Positions 1 through 9,642 of a stretch of DNA of 64,000 nucleotides are shown here, piece by piece. The notes under the pieces are model-generated. The model did not search any database and was not told the DNA's origin. It was given only the letters and a program-made list of their open reading frames with translations. How positions within the stretch are numbered: the first letter of the stretch is position 1; each line of letters begins with the position of its first letter. The DNA comes from a virus, in the IMG/VR virus record IMGVR_UViG_3300036818_000105, positions 1-64,000 of that record; one strand, written 5' to 3'. A program made the position numbers and the translations under genes.

Positions 1-394
1 GGCTCATCGATGACTGAGGGACCCCGGCCCTCGCGGCGGCCGTTGTCAGCGGCAGGCCCGCGCCCTCCCGGAGCCTCCTGGCGTTCCGCGCGACGTTCCG
101 GGTCTGCTCCCATGACAGCAGCGCCCCGCCGCCCTCCCCGCCGCCCTCCCTTAGGCACCACAGGCGCGCCCTGCCCCGTCCCGGGAGCGTCCCGGCCGGG
201 AAGACCGGGGGAACATGCTCCCGGGCCGACAGCCGCGCCAGGAGGCTAGCCACGTAAACCGGGCTGAGGAACGTACCGTAAGCCTCTAGCTGCACCCGGA
301 CCGCGGCCGCGGTCGCCTCGCCGCCGAGGTCAGCGAGGGCCTTCAGGCACAGGTCGGCTGCCTGCTCACTAGTGAGGCCGCTCCTGGCGCTCAT
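1..394 (-). CDS. HTH DNA-binding protein, runs off left edge
   Basis: Hand translation [30 protein letters not shown]...[31 protein letters not shown] (XRE-like helix start); ATG overlaps the upstream stop. Confidence 0.6.
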   Translation of the reverse strand, partial: MSARSGLTSEQAADLCLKALADLGGEATAAAVRVQLEAYGTFLSPVYVASLLARLSAREHVPPVFPAGTLPGRGRARLWCLREGGGEGGGALLSWEQTRNVARNARRLREGAGLPLTTAAARAGVPQSSMS

Positions 395-684
395 GAGGCG
401 TTCCCGAAGAGAGTCGCCTGGGACAGGCGGCGGGCGGCAGTCTCCGCATACCGCTCGTCGACTTCCACGCCGATCGCACGGCGGCCAAGGTTGCGCGCCG
501 CGACCAGCGTGGAGCCCGAGCCGGCGAACGGGTCGGGAGGGCAGGCGCCGATCAAGGTCTCCATCACGTCGACCGGCTTGGCGTGCGGGTGTCCGTAGCG
601 GGCGGCGAGGCCGTGGTCGCTGCCCTGAATGCGGCTTGCGGTCGCGATGACGCTGGACCGGCCGCCGATCCCTGACGGCCCCAC
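391..684 (-). pseudogene. C-terminal remnant of an N4/N6 DNA methyltransferase
   Basis: [30 protein letters not shown] and RRLSQ motifs; N-terminal catalytic half absent and the usual residues before DPF are missing. Confidence 0.75.
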
Positions 685-1150
685 GCCTTACGGGCCTCAG
701 CCCCGGAACTGGGTACAGCGGAGGGCGCAACGGGACGCGCGCCCCCCGCTGGCTCTCGGGCAGGCGGGGACCCGGTGCCGGGGGTCAGGCAGCCGGGTCC
801 CTCCTCCCGCTCCCCGCCGGCGCCCCCGTCCGGGGCCTGCGGGGAAGCTGGGGCCGGACCGGGGCTGGGGCGCCCCGGCCCGGCGTTGCGGGCGGGAGCA
901 TGGGGCTGCCCCTCGCGCCCGCTCTCCGCATTCCAGGCGTACGGGGGATCGCCTGCTGCGGAGTCTGGCACGGACGGGGCGGAGGGGTGGTCCGCCCCGT
1001 CCGTGGTCTGGGTACCCCGGGCACTGCCGTACCGGGTGGGAGTCTCGGCAGTGCCCGGGGCTGCGGCGAGGAGCCGGGCGGTTGGCTCGCTCGCCGCGCC
1101 CCGGCCGGCGGGGGCGTGGGTGCCGGCCGGGGTGATCTTGGGGTTGGGGG

Positions 1151-1294
1151 TCATGAGGCACCGCCGGCGGTGACGCGGGCCAGCGGCAGCGGGCAGTCGT
1201 GCGGCTTGTCCTCAAGCTCAAGGCAGGCACGGCACCCGCCGCCGCGGGGAATGGCCGGGGTCGTTTCCGCCGGGCGCTCGCTGTCGGGGGTCAT
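1151..1294 (-). CDS. small hypothetical protein with CxxC
   Basis: MTPDSERP start coupled (ATGA) to the upstream gene; CRAC..HDC. Confidence 0.5.
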   Translation of the reverse strand: MTPDSERPAETTPAIPRGGGCRACLELEDKPHDCPLPLARVTAGGAS

Positions 1295-1734
1295 GCCCGT
1301 CCCACCTCCCCGGGGACCTGCCACAGGTGAAAGCACGTGTCCATCACGCTGACCCACTCCTCGGCGGGCGGAAGCATCTGCGCGACGTAGATGTCACCGG
1401 GCATGAACCTGTACCGGGCGTCCTTGATCTCGTCCCAGGTCGGGTAGCGTCCCGGCTTAGGCGGGTGCTCGTTCGTCCGGTGGGAGATCGACAGGTGCCA
1501 GCGGGGCGCGGGCAGCCCGGCGGTCTCCGCGCCGACCTGCACCGTGAGGTGCCCGTCGGGAACGTTCCGCTGGTACATGCGCAGTCCCGGTGCGCCCGAC
1601 ACCTCGGCCATGAAGTCGCCGAACTCGCCGCGCGGGACGCGCGCCCAGCCGCCCAGGTCCGGCTCCGCGGGAGATGCCTTCTCCAGGTGCGCCCTTGCGT
1701 CCTCCCCCGGCGATGACGTCAGGTCCCCGCTCAA
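1291..1734 (-). CDS. conserved phage hypothetical protein
   Basis: WHLSISH..RYPTWDEIK..LPP...CFHLW motif set; coupled to both neighbours. Confidence 0.75.
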   Translation of the reverse strand: MSGDLTSSPGEDARAHLEKASPAEPDLGGWARVPRGEFGDFMAEVSGAPGLRMYQRNVPDGHLTVQVGAETAGLPAPRWHLSISHRTNEHPPKPGRYPTWDEIKDARYRFMPGDIYVAQMLPPAEEWVSVMDTCFHLWQVPGEVGRA

Positions 1735-2027
1735 CGCCCCGCCCCTTCCGCGTACGGGGACCGCAGGTACATGCCGGTCCCCTCGCCGTCGACCGCCGCG
1801 AGGACTACCGCCCGGACCGAGTCGTGGAGGTTCCCGCCCTCGTCGGCCAGGCTGAGATCCCGCAGGACCGTTCCCGCCCCGCCGGCCAGCCGGTGCGACG
1901 GGTCACGGGCAAGCTCGGCGAGCTCGAACAGGGCGACCGGGTTCTTGGTCATCAGCCGCTTGAGCGACAGCAGGACTGCCCGGGTTATGCCGTCGGGGAC
2001 CTCCGCCCCGGTGCGCAGGACTGTCAT
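1731..2027 (-). CDS. hypothetical protein
   Basis: Coupled ORF in early operon. Confidence 0.65.
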   Translation of the reverse strand: MTVLRTGAEVPDGITRAVLLSLKRLMTKNPVALFELAELARDPSHRLAGGAGTVLRDLSLADEGGNLHDSVRAVVLAAVDGEGTGMYLRSPYAEGAGR

Positions 2028-2182
2028 GGCGTCGTCCCCCGTTCCCTCGCCCGCGCCAGCGCTGTCTTGCGCGCCGTCCCGTTAGCCGGGTCCGGGGCAA
2101 GCCAGCGAAGAACGGCGCCCCATGCCCCGGCAGTCGCCCGGCCGTCGAAGATGACGACTTTGCCGGCGTCCACGGCGGTCAT
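2024..2182 (-). CDS. 52-aa hypothetical protein (not in ORF track)
   Basis: MTAVDAGKVVIFDG...; 4-nt overlaps at both ends fill the gap exactly. Confidence 0.55.
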   Translation of the reverse strand: MTAVDAGKVVIFDGRATAGAWGAVLRWLAPDPANGTARKTALARARERGTTP

Positions 2183-2442
2183 CGGCGCTCACCTCCGCAC
2201 GCGTGCGCAGCCTGCGCCTCCCGGGCGTACTGCACGAGAACCTCGGCGAGGATCAGGGCCGTTGTCTCCCGGCAGGCGGTGCCGCTCATGACGACGCGCC
2301 CCGACTTCTCCAGGACGATCAGGACGTGCCGGTCGATCTCGGATGGGGCGACGCCGGCCAGGGAGCCGACGGCGACCTCAGCCTCGGCGACGTCCCGTAC
2401 CGGCGTCGCCGGCGGCCGCGGGGGGCGGCGGAAGGGGTTCAC
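2179..2442 (-). CDS. hypothetical protein
   Basis: Coupled ORF. Confidence 0.65.
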   Translation of the reverse strand: MNPFRRPPRPPATPVRDVAEAEVAVGSLAGVAPSEIDRHVLIVLEKSGRVVMSGTACRETTALILAEVLVQYAREAQAAHACGGERR

Positions 2443-2624
2443 GCGTCCTCCTCCTCTTCCCGCCGCTGCCGCCGGGCGTCCCTCGCGTCCAGGGCGTCAA
2501 GTACCTTCTTCGCCGCGATCCCGGCAGCGGCCATGGCCGCCTCGAGCACCCGCATCGCGCCCTTGGCCGCCGTGTCGGCAACCCGCTCCGCCGCGCTTCT
2601 CTTCTCGCTACCGTGGTCAGCCAC
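2439..2624 (-). CDS. hypothetical helical protein
   Basis: GTG start overlapping the upstream stop. Confidence 0.55.
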   Translation of the reverse strand: MADHGSEKRSAAERVADTAAKGAMRVLEAAMAAAGIAAKKVLDALDARDARRQRREEEEDA

Positions 2625-2817
2625 GCTTGCGCCCCTTAACCGTGATGACGTGCGTTCCGTTGGCGTACGCCTGAATGTGGTCGACGTAGCAGGACCCGGC
2701 AACGGTGAGGATGTAGTCGTCAGCGATCGCATGCTCCTCGCTGTCGCCCGAGTCGAGGTCGGTGACGGTCACCTTGATGCGGGCCGGGCCGGCCGAGAGG
2801 GACTCGGGGGCGGTCAT
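2617..2817 (-). CDS. hypothetical protein
   Basis: Coupled ORF with beta-rich sequence. Confidence 0.65.
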   Translation of the reverse strand: MTAPESLSAGPARIKVTVTDLDSGDSEEHAIADDYILTVAGSCYVDHIQAYANGTHVITVKGRKRG

Positions 2818-3743
2818 GACGCGTGCTCCATCTCAGCCGCGCCGGGAAATTCCCGGACCTTCAGGTCTTCGGGCCAGCGATCTATGTCGCCGCCCTTGGA
2901 TCCAGCGCCAAGCTCGCGGCCGAGCACGGACCCGAGCTGCTTGCAGAAGAACGGAACCCCGGCCGCCGCGCACCCGTTGCGGAGAGACTGCAGCCAGTCG
3001 AGTTCGCACCGCCGCGCGCCGGGCCCCGACTCCCCTCCGCCGATCACCCAGTCAAGCCCGGAGTGCCCTAGCAGCCAGTCCGGGGCGAGCCGGACGTGCC
3101 CGAGCAGCGGTTCCGCGCTGATGAACCGGACGGCGGCCGGGGAGCCCAGCAGGGCGGGAATCCTGATGTCCGCCCAGTGCTGATCCTCGGCACTGACGCC
3201 CAGCCAGACGTTAGGCAGCGGCCACGGGCGGCAGTGGTAGACGTCGTGGCCGACGACTCCCGGCACGTACGTGGGGCTGTGCGTCGTCCCGGCCCAGTCC
3301 ATCGCCGAGCGGAGGTGGATGCCGGGCACGTGCCCCTTGCCGCACCGGCACTCGTCCCGCAGGAAAGAGCGCATCCGCGCGTGCCGCTTCGTCAGGATCA
3401 GGAACGTGTGCTGACTGGCCATCGCCATTACGGCGAAGACCCGGGCGATGTACTCGTCGGGCACGTCCTTGTGGAACAGGTCGCTCATCGAGTTGACGAA
3501 GATCCGGCGCGGGCGCTTCCACCGAAGCGGCTGCTCTAGCCTCTCCGGGCGGAGCATTACGTCGAACCCGTTCTCGAAGTGGTGCCCCGGAGTGCCCCGC
3601 CACCGCTCGGCGAACGTGCGCGCATAACAGTGCAGGCAGCCGTCGGAAACGTCATCGCACCCGGTCACGGGGTTCCAGGTAGCTCCCGGAGTCCCGTCAT
3701 CGGACTGCGTCCACTCAATGCCCGTCTTGTCGCTCACTGCCAC
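2814..3743 (-). CDS. phage Gp37/Gp68 family (DUF5131) protein
   Basis: TGIEWT, TWNPVTGC..SDGCLHCYA, FVNSMSDLFH, ILTKR, NVWLGVS, FISAEPLL, WVIGGGESG, FFCKQLG. Confidence 0.95.
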   Translation of the reverse strand: MAVSDKTGIEWTQSDDGTPGATWNPVTGCDDVSDGCLHCYARTFAERWRGTPGHHFENGFDVMLRPERLEQPLRWKRPRRIFVNSMSDLFHKDVPDEYIARVFAVMAMASQHTFLILTKRHARMRSFLRDECRCGKGHVPGIHLRSAMDWAGTTHSPTYVPGVVGHDVYHCRPWPLPNVWLGVSAEDQHWADIRIPALLGSPAAVRFISAEPLLGHVRLAPDWLLGHSGLDWVIGGGESGPGARRCELDWLQSLRNGCAAAGVPFFCKQLGSVLGRELGAGSKGGDIDRWPEDLKVREFPGAAEMEHAS

Positions 3744-3946
3744 TCGCCCCCGTCCTTAGCCGCCGCGAACCTCTCCGCCGCCTCCTCGTCCACGGCCACC
3801 CGCCTTGTGCCGTCCTCGTCAATCAATGCGAACCGGGCCCGCTCAAGCTCGTAAACCTCCGCGTCTGTCAGTGGCCGCCCGTCGCAGGGGACCGGCTGGT
3901 GCCGCAGCCGCCGTCTCCGCCACGCGAGGCCGGGGGAAAGCCACAT
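3734..3946 (-). CDS. hypothetical protein
   Basis: Coupled ORF. Confidence 0.55.
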   Translation of the reverse strand: MWLSPGLAWRRRRLRHQPVPCDGRPLTDAEVYELERARFALIDEDGTRRVAVDEEAAERFAAAKDGGEWQ

Positions 3947-4239
3947 CAGGTGTCCCTCCGCTCGTCCGGGGCGAACACGCGGATCGGGCCGGGCTCGCTC
4001 TTCCCGCCGGCGATCTCCGCTAGCTCACGCTCAAGCTCCCGCCGTTCCCGTCGCCACCGCCGTGCCCGGCCGGCTGCGCTCGCCGCCTCGGCCGCGACCG
4101 CCCCGAGCCCGGCCGTCACCAGGGCCGACGCCGTTACCAGGGCCAGGGGGGGCGTGAACCTGATCAGGCTCACCACTTCGTCAATCACTTCGTAATGCAT
4201 GCCGTTTGCCTTAACTCGCTTGCCAGTGACCTCGTTCAT
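3946..4239 (-). CDS. hypothetical membrane protein
   Basis: One hydrophobic segment; coupled. Confidence 0.6.
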   Translation of the reverse strand: MNEVTGKRVKANGMHYEVIDEVVSLIRFTPPLALVTASALVTAGLGAVAAEAASAAGRARRWRRERRELERELAEIAGGKSEPGPIRVFAPDERRDT

Positions 4240-4727
4240 GCCGCCGCGCTTTCCGGCGCTTCATCCGCATAGCCGCCAGCCGCCGTCAGCCACTGCGGCA
4301 CCCGCGTCCCGTCCTCCCGCGTGGTGATCACCGGCATGAGGGCCGGGTCATCACCTGAGGGGACCAGCCACCCGGACGCGTACGACTCAGCCGGGCGCGC
4401 ATGGGTGCGCAAGTGGCAAGGCGCGCAAAGGTGCAGGAGGTTGAACAGGGCGTGGATCCAGCGCCGCCTCGTTCCGCCAGCCTGCTTCGGCTGGCGGTGG
4501 TGGACGTGCACCGCGCGGGCCTTGCGGCACCGCTCGCACAGGCCGCCGGACCTCTCCGCTACCGCCAGGCGGGCCCGGCGCGGCGGGTCGGTGTTGCGGG
4601 CTCGCAGGGGTCGCACGGGGGCGTCCGGGGACAGTACGGGACGCGACCGGAGCGGGGCGGAGCGCTTCAGCTCCGCACTCCTCGTCCAAGGCTTGTCTCC
4701 CCTCGCCAGGGGCTTGCCGCGGTTCAC
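4236..4727 (-). CDS. HNH endonuclease
   Basis: CERC..HVHHR..NLLHLCAPCH..H..GWLV. Confidence 0.85.
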   Translation of the reverse strand: MNRGKPLARGDKPWTRSAELKRSAPLRSRPVLSPDAPVRPLRARNTDPPRRARLAVAERSGGLCERCRKARAVHVHHRQPKQAGGTRRRWIHALFNLLHLCAPCHLRTHARPAESYASGWLVPSGDDPALMPVITTREDGTRVPQWLTAAGGYADEAPESAAA

Positions 4728-4999
4728 CGGGCACCGTCCTTGAGTGCGAGGTCACGGGGATCGGAAGATCCGTCCTCGTTGAGGTTGATCACGCGGACCG
4801 GCGTGGTCTCCGGGTTGAGGCCGCCCCTGGCGAGCGAGCACCCGAAGCAGACGCCGGACGTGGCGCTCTCCGGCAGGCCGCCCCCCGGAGGACCGTAGTA
4901 ATCGTCTTCGGGGGTGCAGGTGTACGTGCGCTGGCACGTGCGGCAGGTGACCTCCTGCCAGGCGGCGCTGAACGGCTGCTCACTCTCCACCGGGGGCAC
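4724..4999 (-). CDS. zinc-finger hypothetical protein
   Basis: CRTC...CFGC. Confidence 0.6.
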   Translation of the reverse strand: MPPVESEQPFSAAWQEVTCRTCQRTYTCTPEDDYYGPPGGGLPESATSGVCFGCSLARGGLNPETTPVRVINLNEDGSSDPRDLALKDGAR

Positions 5000-6068
5000 C
5001 TCCCGCCACTGCCGGAGACAGGGCGCGCCACTTGCGCTCCAGGTAGGCGCGCAACTGCTCTTGCGCCCCGTCGTCGTCGACCCGGACCATGCGCAGGCTG
5101 AGCCCGGCCCCCTTGGCGTCGGCGGCGATCGCCTCGACGTCGGCCCGGTCCTGCGCCATGGGCACGAGGTCGGCGTAGTACTGGGCGCTCAGGCCGAGGC
5201 CGGGCTCCTCGTCGACGATCTCCGCGTCGACAACCTCGCCGGGGACGACATCTCCGACCGCGGGAGCCCCGGACGGCGCCTGAGGTGCCGCGCCCCCGCT
5301 GGTGATCGCCTTCAGTGCCTCGCCGGGAGCGGGCGGGAGCTGCGCCCGTATCCCCCCGGCCGCCAGCGCGCCGCTCACGATGTCGCGGACGGTGTCGAGG
5401 ATCTCCAGCACCGGCACCGGGTAGGGCGTGCGGTCACTGCCGCGCTGGCGCCACTCGATCCGCAGCATCGCCTTCAGGAAGATGCCGCGCTTGCGGGCCT
5501 CCTCCAGCATCTCCGCCTTGCCGATGACCTCGGTGGCCGCGTTGTAGCTGCCGGTGTCGAGCATGAACACGCCGACGCCGGGCAGGTCCGGGATCTGCAC
5601 GTTGATCCGCAGGTGCCGGGCGCACGCCTTTCCCTCCTTGGCGAGCCGGTCACGCAGGATCGCCTTGTCCCGCACCTCGTCGGGATCGGCCGGGTTCTCG
5701 GCGTGCGGGCAGAGGCACGGGCCGCCGCTGACCTGCTCGCGCCGCGAGTCGCACCGCCTCTGAATGCCAGAGGCCGCCCACTTCTCGTACCAGCCGCTCA
5801 CGACCTCGTCGGCCGGGGGGATGTTCACCCAGATCTCCGACTTGCCGGTGATGACCTCCCACTGGCCGCGCTGCCCCTCCCACGGGCGCGCCTCCCCGCC
5901 GTACAGGGCGGCGACCGCCTCGGCCGTGACCTGGCTGCCGGTCGTGAAGCGGAACGTGGTCAGCGTGGCCGGCCGCATCCCGCCGCTGGAGGCCGGGACC
6001 TGCTGGCCGATCCGGACGCGCCCGATCCGCTGGGCGCGGCGCTGCATGTCGAGGAATGAAACGGGCAT
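4980..6068 (-). CDS. phiC31 Gp3-like (recombination directionality factor-like) protein
   Basis: QRRAQRIGRVRIG, FRFTT, YEKW..GIQRRCD, PCLC, GVFMLDTGSYNAATE, YPVPVLE. Confidence 0.8.
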   Translation of the reverse strand: MPVSFLDMQRRAQRIGRVRIGQQVPASSGGMRPATLTTFRFTTGSQVTAEAVAALYGGEARPWEGQRGQWEVITGKSEIWVNIPPADEVVSGWYEKWAASGIQRRCDSRREQVSGGPCLCPHAENPADPDEVRDKAILRDRLAKEGKACARHLRINVQIPDLPGVGVFMLDTGSYNAATEVIGKAEMLEEARKRGIFLKAMLRIEWRQRGSDRTPYPVPVLEILDTVRDIVSGALAAGGIRAQLPPAPGEALKAITSGGAAPQAPSGAPAVGDVVPGEVVDAEIVDEEPGLGLSAQYYADLVPMAQDRADVEAIAADAKGAGLSLRMVRVDDDGAQEQLRAYLERKWRALSPAVAGGAPGGE

Positions 6069-6070
6069 CG

Positions 6071-7231
6071 CTACGCCACCTCCGCCAGTGCCGGGGTCTC
6101 GCCCGCGAGGTGCAGGCCGTGGTCGGCGAGCATCGCGCGGATGCCGTCGACGGTCTTCCCGCCGACGCCCTTAGTCGCGAGGAGCTGCCCGGCGGTCACC
6201 GCCGCGACCTGCTCGAGGTCCCGGTAGCCGGCCTTCGCCAGCGGGGACAGCACGCGTCCGTAGCCCTCGCCGTCAAGGTCGGCGAGGAACGGGGCGGGGA
6301 CAGTCCCGTCGGGCCGCGGGGGCCAGCAGACCTTGCCGGGCTTCGCGGCCTCCAGCTTCCGCCCGGCGATCAGGCCGGCGGACTTGCGGAAGTTCTCCCA
6401 CCCGAGCGCGTCCTCCTCGGGGCTGACCGGGATGAACCGGTAGCCGCGCCGGTGCTCGGGCCGCAGGTGCAGGACCGCGCCGAAGTCCGTCGGCGGCATC
6501 GGCTTCAGGCCGTCCATGAGGCCGGGGCGGCACTCGGGGCACCGCCGGTACGGGCCGACCTGCTCGGCCACCGGGCCCGGGTCCCGGCCGCTCTTGCCGT
6601 CGATGCAGCCCGTCAGCCCCGGACCGGAGCGGAACCGCCCGCCGGGCGCGAAGCCGATGCCCGGCAGGAACGCGATGATGTCGCACGTCCCGGCGTAGCC
6701 GAGCGGCTGGTTGTAGACCGGCATCTCGGCGGCGATGAACTGCGGGCTCCAGTCGGCGACCCAGTTAAGGAACCCGTCCACCATCCACTCGGCGACGTCC
6801 TCAACCGGCAGGTCGTCGTACATCCGGCCCTCAAGGTGCTCCGGCAGCAGCGGCAGGGAGAGGTCCGTGCCGCGCCCCTCCGGGGACGCCTGCCACAGGA
6901 TCAGGGTCTCCATCACGTCGTGGACGTAGCCGCCGACGTCCCTCTTGAGGCCCCGCTCCCGCTTGCCCTCGCCCTTCAGCCAGGAAACCGCGGCATCGCG
7001 GCCGTCATCGGCCAGCATCCTGGCGACAAGGCCGAGGTTGTCCACGGCGGCCTCGGCGGTGAGCCCGGCCGCCCACCCGGGCAGCCACGGCTTGGCGATC
7101 GTCGAGTCCCGCAGCGTCGTGACCGACTTGAGCATCTCGCCGGTCGGCGGGTAGGGGTAGTCTCGGGAGCCGTCGGAGTGGGTGACGGAGGTCTCCGTGA
7201 TGACGTCGGCCCCGGTGATCGTGGCGGTCAT
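6071..7231 (-). CDS. PD-(D/E)XK exonuclease-like protein with C-terminal HhH (RNAP alpha-CTD-like) domain
   Basis: SVTT..KPWL..WAA, GGYVH, E..VYN..GYAGTCD, IDGKSG; C-terminal LAKAGYRDLEQV...LLATKGVGGKTVDGIRAML. Confidence 0.8.
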   Translation of the reverse strand: MTATITGADVITETSVTHSDGSRDYPYPPTGEMLKSVTTLRDSTIAKPWLPGWAAGLTAEAAVDNLGLVARMLADDGRDAAVSWLKGEGKRERGLKRDVGGYVHDVMETLILWQASPEGRGTDLSLPLLPEHLEGRMYDDLPVEDVAEWMVDGFLNWVADWSPQFIAAEMPVYNQPLGYAGTCDIIAFLPGIGFAPGGRFRSGPGLTGCIDGKSGRDPGPVAEQVGPYRRCPECRPGLMDGLKPMPPTDFGAVLHLRPEHRRGYRFIPVSPEEDALGWENFRKSAGLIAGRKLEAAKPGKVCWPPRPDGTVPAPFLADLDGEGYGRVLSPLAKAGYRDLEQVAAVTAGQLLATKGVGGKTVDGIRAMLADHGLHLAGETPALAEVA

Positions 7232-7548
7232 CGCACGACCTCCCCGCAGTGCTCGGCCACGGCCTGAATCAGGTCCCCGGCAGCGGCCTCAACTTCCTCC
7301 GCCGCCTTCCGGAGCGCCTCGCCGTCCGGGTCCGCCTCGTCGCCGAGGTGCGGGTAGACGGCCTCCCAGTGCAGGGCGCCGGAGTCCAGTTCCTCGCAGG
7401 CCTCAAGGGCGTCTCCGAGGGCGACGAAGGCGGTGACGACCGCCTTGAGCGCCGCCCGCTCGCGCGGCCACGTCGCGGTCATCGCCGCGTGCAGGGCCGC
7501 GTGGGCTTCCCGGGCCGTCCCGGCCGGGGACAGTACCGCGGCGTTCAC
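7228..7548 (-). CDS. hypothetical protein
   Basis: GTG start (MNAAVLSP) coupled to the upstream stop. Confidence 0.6.
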   Translation of the reverse strand: MNAAVLSPAGTAREAHAALHAAMTATWPRERAALKAVVTAFVALGDALEACEELDSGALHWEAVYPHLGDEADPDGEALRKAAEEVEAAAGDLIQAVAEHCGEVVR

Positions 7549-8213
7549 AGGGCGCCGGCTTCCGCGAGGGCCGCGCGGGCGGCCACGGTGATCTCGTGCG
7601 TGCGGTTCAGCAGCGGGCCGGCCAGGTCGGGCCTCCCGATCGCGGCGCAGCGCTTCCGCACCCCGTCGGCGATCGAGGCGCGGTTGCGCCGGATCCCGGA
7701 GACCTCGGCGGCGGCGTTGCGCCCCAGCCCCTGCTCCGCGATCAGCTGGACGTCGTCCCACTCGCCGCCGGAGATCCTCAGGTACATCAGGTTGGCGGCC
7801 CATCCCTGGCCCGTGTAGAAGACGGGGCTGGTGCCCGGCCCGTCCGGTACCGGGGCCCCGGCCTCCTTGGCGGGCGCCGGCGAGGAGGCGGCCATGGTGT
7901 CGCCGATGACGGGGCGCGACCCCGGCCAGACGGCCGTCCCGCGGTCAAGGGGGCTGCCCTGGACGTACGGGCGGGTGCGGGCGGGGATCCGCAGCGGCGC
8001 CGTCTCGGCGGCCGGCCGGGGGCGGCGCGGCTGGAACGAGGGCAGCGGGTGCTCCTGTGCCGCGGGCGCCGTCAGCAGGGGCGAGCCCTGCCGGTGGGCG
8101 GGCCGGAAGTCGCGCCCGGGAACGTCCGCGATCATGTCGGCGGCCGACGGCTCGTCCCCGGCGGCGTGACGGGCGCGGAGGCGGGCGGAGATGAGCCCTG
8201 CAGGGTTCCTCAT
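7545..8213 (-). CDS. hypothetical protein
   Basis: Coupled ORF. Confidence 0.6.
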   Translation of the reverse strand: MRNPAGLISARLRARHAAGDEPSAADMIADVPGRDFRPAHRQGSPLLTAPAAQEHPLPSFQPRRPRPAAETAPLRIPARTRPYVQGSPLDRGTAVWPGSRPVIGDTMAASSPAPAKEAGAPVPDGPGTSPVFYTGQGWAANLMYLRISGGEWDDVQLIAEQGLGRNAAAEVSGIRRNRASIADGVRKRCAAIGRPDLAGPLLNRTHEITVAARAALAEAGAL

Positions 8214-8545
8214 GCCGTCGCCCCGGTCCCGGCCGGCCGGGCGTGGCGGCTCGGGGCGCGCAGGGCCAGGTGCGCCTCGACGACGACCGGGCCGAACCGC
8301 CTCTCGGCGACCAGCATCCCGTCCCGCTCGGCCACGTCGACCCCGAGGTGCCCGGCGATCTCGTCGAGGGCGGCCAGGCGGGCGCCCGGCGCGCCGGGGG
8401 GAACGGGGACGTTCAGGTGCGGGACCGGCAGCGAGGCGCCGGTGTGGACCGCGTACCAGGTGGCCACGTCGATCAGGCCGGTAACGAGGTCCGCTCCGGG
8501 GGAGCCGTCCTCAGCCAGTACCGGGGATGTAGCGGAGATGGTCAT
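8210..8545 (-). CDS. hypothetical protein
   Basis: MTISATS start; ..ERRFGPVVVEAH. Confidence 0.6.
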   Translation of the reverse strand: MTISATSPVLAEDGSPGADLVTGLIDVATWYAVHTGASLPVPHLNVPVPPGAPGARLAALDEIAGHLGVDVAERDGMLVAERRFGPVVVEAHLALRAPSRHARPAGTGATA

Positions 8546-8638
8546 GCTTTCCGGTGTCCCTTCCTCGTATCCTTGCTGTGTCCGGTGTCCCGGACTCAGC
8601 GACCCCCGGCGTGTACGGCGCCGGGGGCGCACTGTCTT

Positions 8639-9136
8639 CTAGGCGGTTGCTTCCTCCGCCGCCAGTTCCGCGGCCTCGCGCTCCGTGGCGATCTCGGCGA
8701 GCGCGTCGGCGACGGTCTTGCCGTCAGTCAGGTGCGGCTTTACCTGCTTGTAGAAGGCGGTGAAGTCCTTCCGCGCCCGGTCGGCCGACTCGCGGGAGTT
8801 CCTGGTCCGGGCCAGTACGATCGCCCTCGCGTTTTCCAGGTCAGCGAGGGTCATGTCGGCGGTCCGCTTCGGCCGCCCGACGCTGACCTGCATGAAGACG
8901 GGAATGCGGGGGAACAGCTCCGACTGGAACAGGTCCCCGCTGGTGGCGTTGACCTTCACCCATGCGGCGACGTGCGCGGCCCCCTGAAGGGCGGCCTGCT
9001 CGGCGAGGTACCCGGCGTTGCCGAGGATTGCCGCGGTGACGGCGGCGTCGGCCTCCGCCCGGGTCTCGGCCCCGGCCAGGAACCTCGCGCCGTGCTCGGC
9101 GCGGGCCTGCTTGAGCCACTCGGGGGCGTTCTTCAC
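8639..9136 (-). CDS. hypothetical protein
   Basis: GTG start (MKNAPEW) coupled to the upstream stop. Confidence 0.65.
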   Translation of the reverse strand: MKNAPEWLKQARAEHGARFLAGAETRAEADAAVTAAILGNAGYLAEQAALQGAAHVAAWVKVNATSGDLFQSELFPRIPVFMQVSVGRPKRTADMTLADLENARAIVLARTRNSRESADRARKDFTAFYKQVKPHLTDGKTVADALAEIATEREAAELAAEEATA

Positions 9137-9354
9137 GCTGACCTCCGCAGGGGGATGACGTTCGGGGCACTCTCGCGGGGAAGGCGGCAGGTCCGGTTGC
9201 ACGCCCCGCACCGGGTGGTCTTCGACTCGGCGCGGGCCTCCTGCTCGTGCTGGCACCGGCCGCAGCGGACGGTCACCAGGACGTACTCCTCGTGGATGAC
9301 CACGGGGCGGGCGCTGCCGGGGACGATGACGTCACGGGCCGGGGGGCGGGTCAT
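9133..9354 (-). CDS. zinc-ribbon protein
   Basis: CGRC...CGAC. Confidence 0.65.
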   Translation of the reverse strand: MTRPPARDVIVPGSARPVVIHEEYVLVTVRCGRCQHEQEARAESKTTRCGACNRTCRLPRESAPNVIPLRRSA

Positions 9355-9605
9355 GCGGCCGCTGCGCCTTTCGGCTCAGGTGCCTCGTCCTCGGCGCACG
9401 CCCCGGCCAGCAGGTCCCCGGCCTCGCACCCGAGCCCGTCCGCGATCCGGTAGATGACCTCGATGGAGACGCCGCCGGACTGCTGGTTGGACTCGATGTT
9501 GGCGAGGGTCTGGTACTTGACGTTGACGCGCCTGGCGAACTCGCCGAGCTTGACGCCGAGGCGCCTGCGCCTGTCGCGGATGATGCCGCCGTTGACTTGT
9601 GGCAT
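9351..9605 (-). CDS. XRE HTH regulator (Cro-like)
   Basis: IRDRRRRLGVKLGEFARRVNVKYQTLANIES...IADGLGC; first gene of the early leftward operon. Confidence 0.85.
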   Translation of the reverse strand: MPQVNGGIIRDRRRRLGVKLGEFARRVNVKYQTLANIESNQQSGGVSIEVIYRIADGLGCEAGDLLAGACAEDEAPEPKGAAAA

Positions 9606-9642
9606 ACCGGAAAGATTAGGAAGGCGAAGGAAGGTATGTCAA
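9606..9642 (-). promoter_or_regulatory. leaderless sigmaA-type promoter for the early operon
   Basis: TTGACA (9642-9637), 18 nt, TAATCT (9618-9613), 7 nt before the ATG; GGAAGG repeats in the spacer may be operators. Confidence 0.7.

Noticed and set aside
564-1154. DPPY in this ORF as the missing methyltransferase catalytic motif
   Set aside because: Lies in low-complexity Pro/Ala/Gly sequence with no preceding hydrophobic strand and in another frame; probably chance
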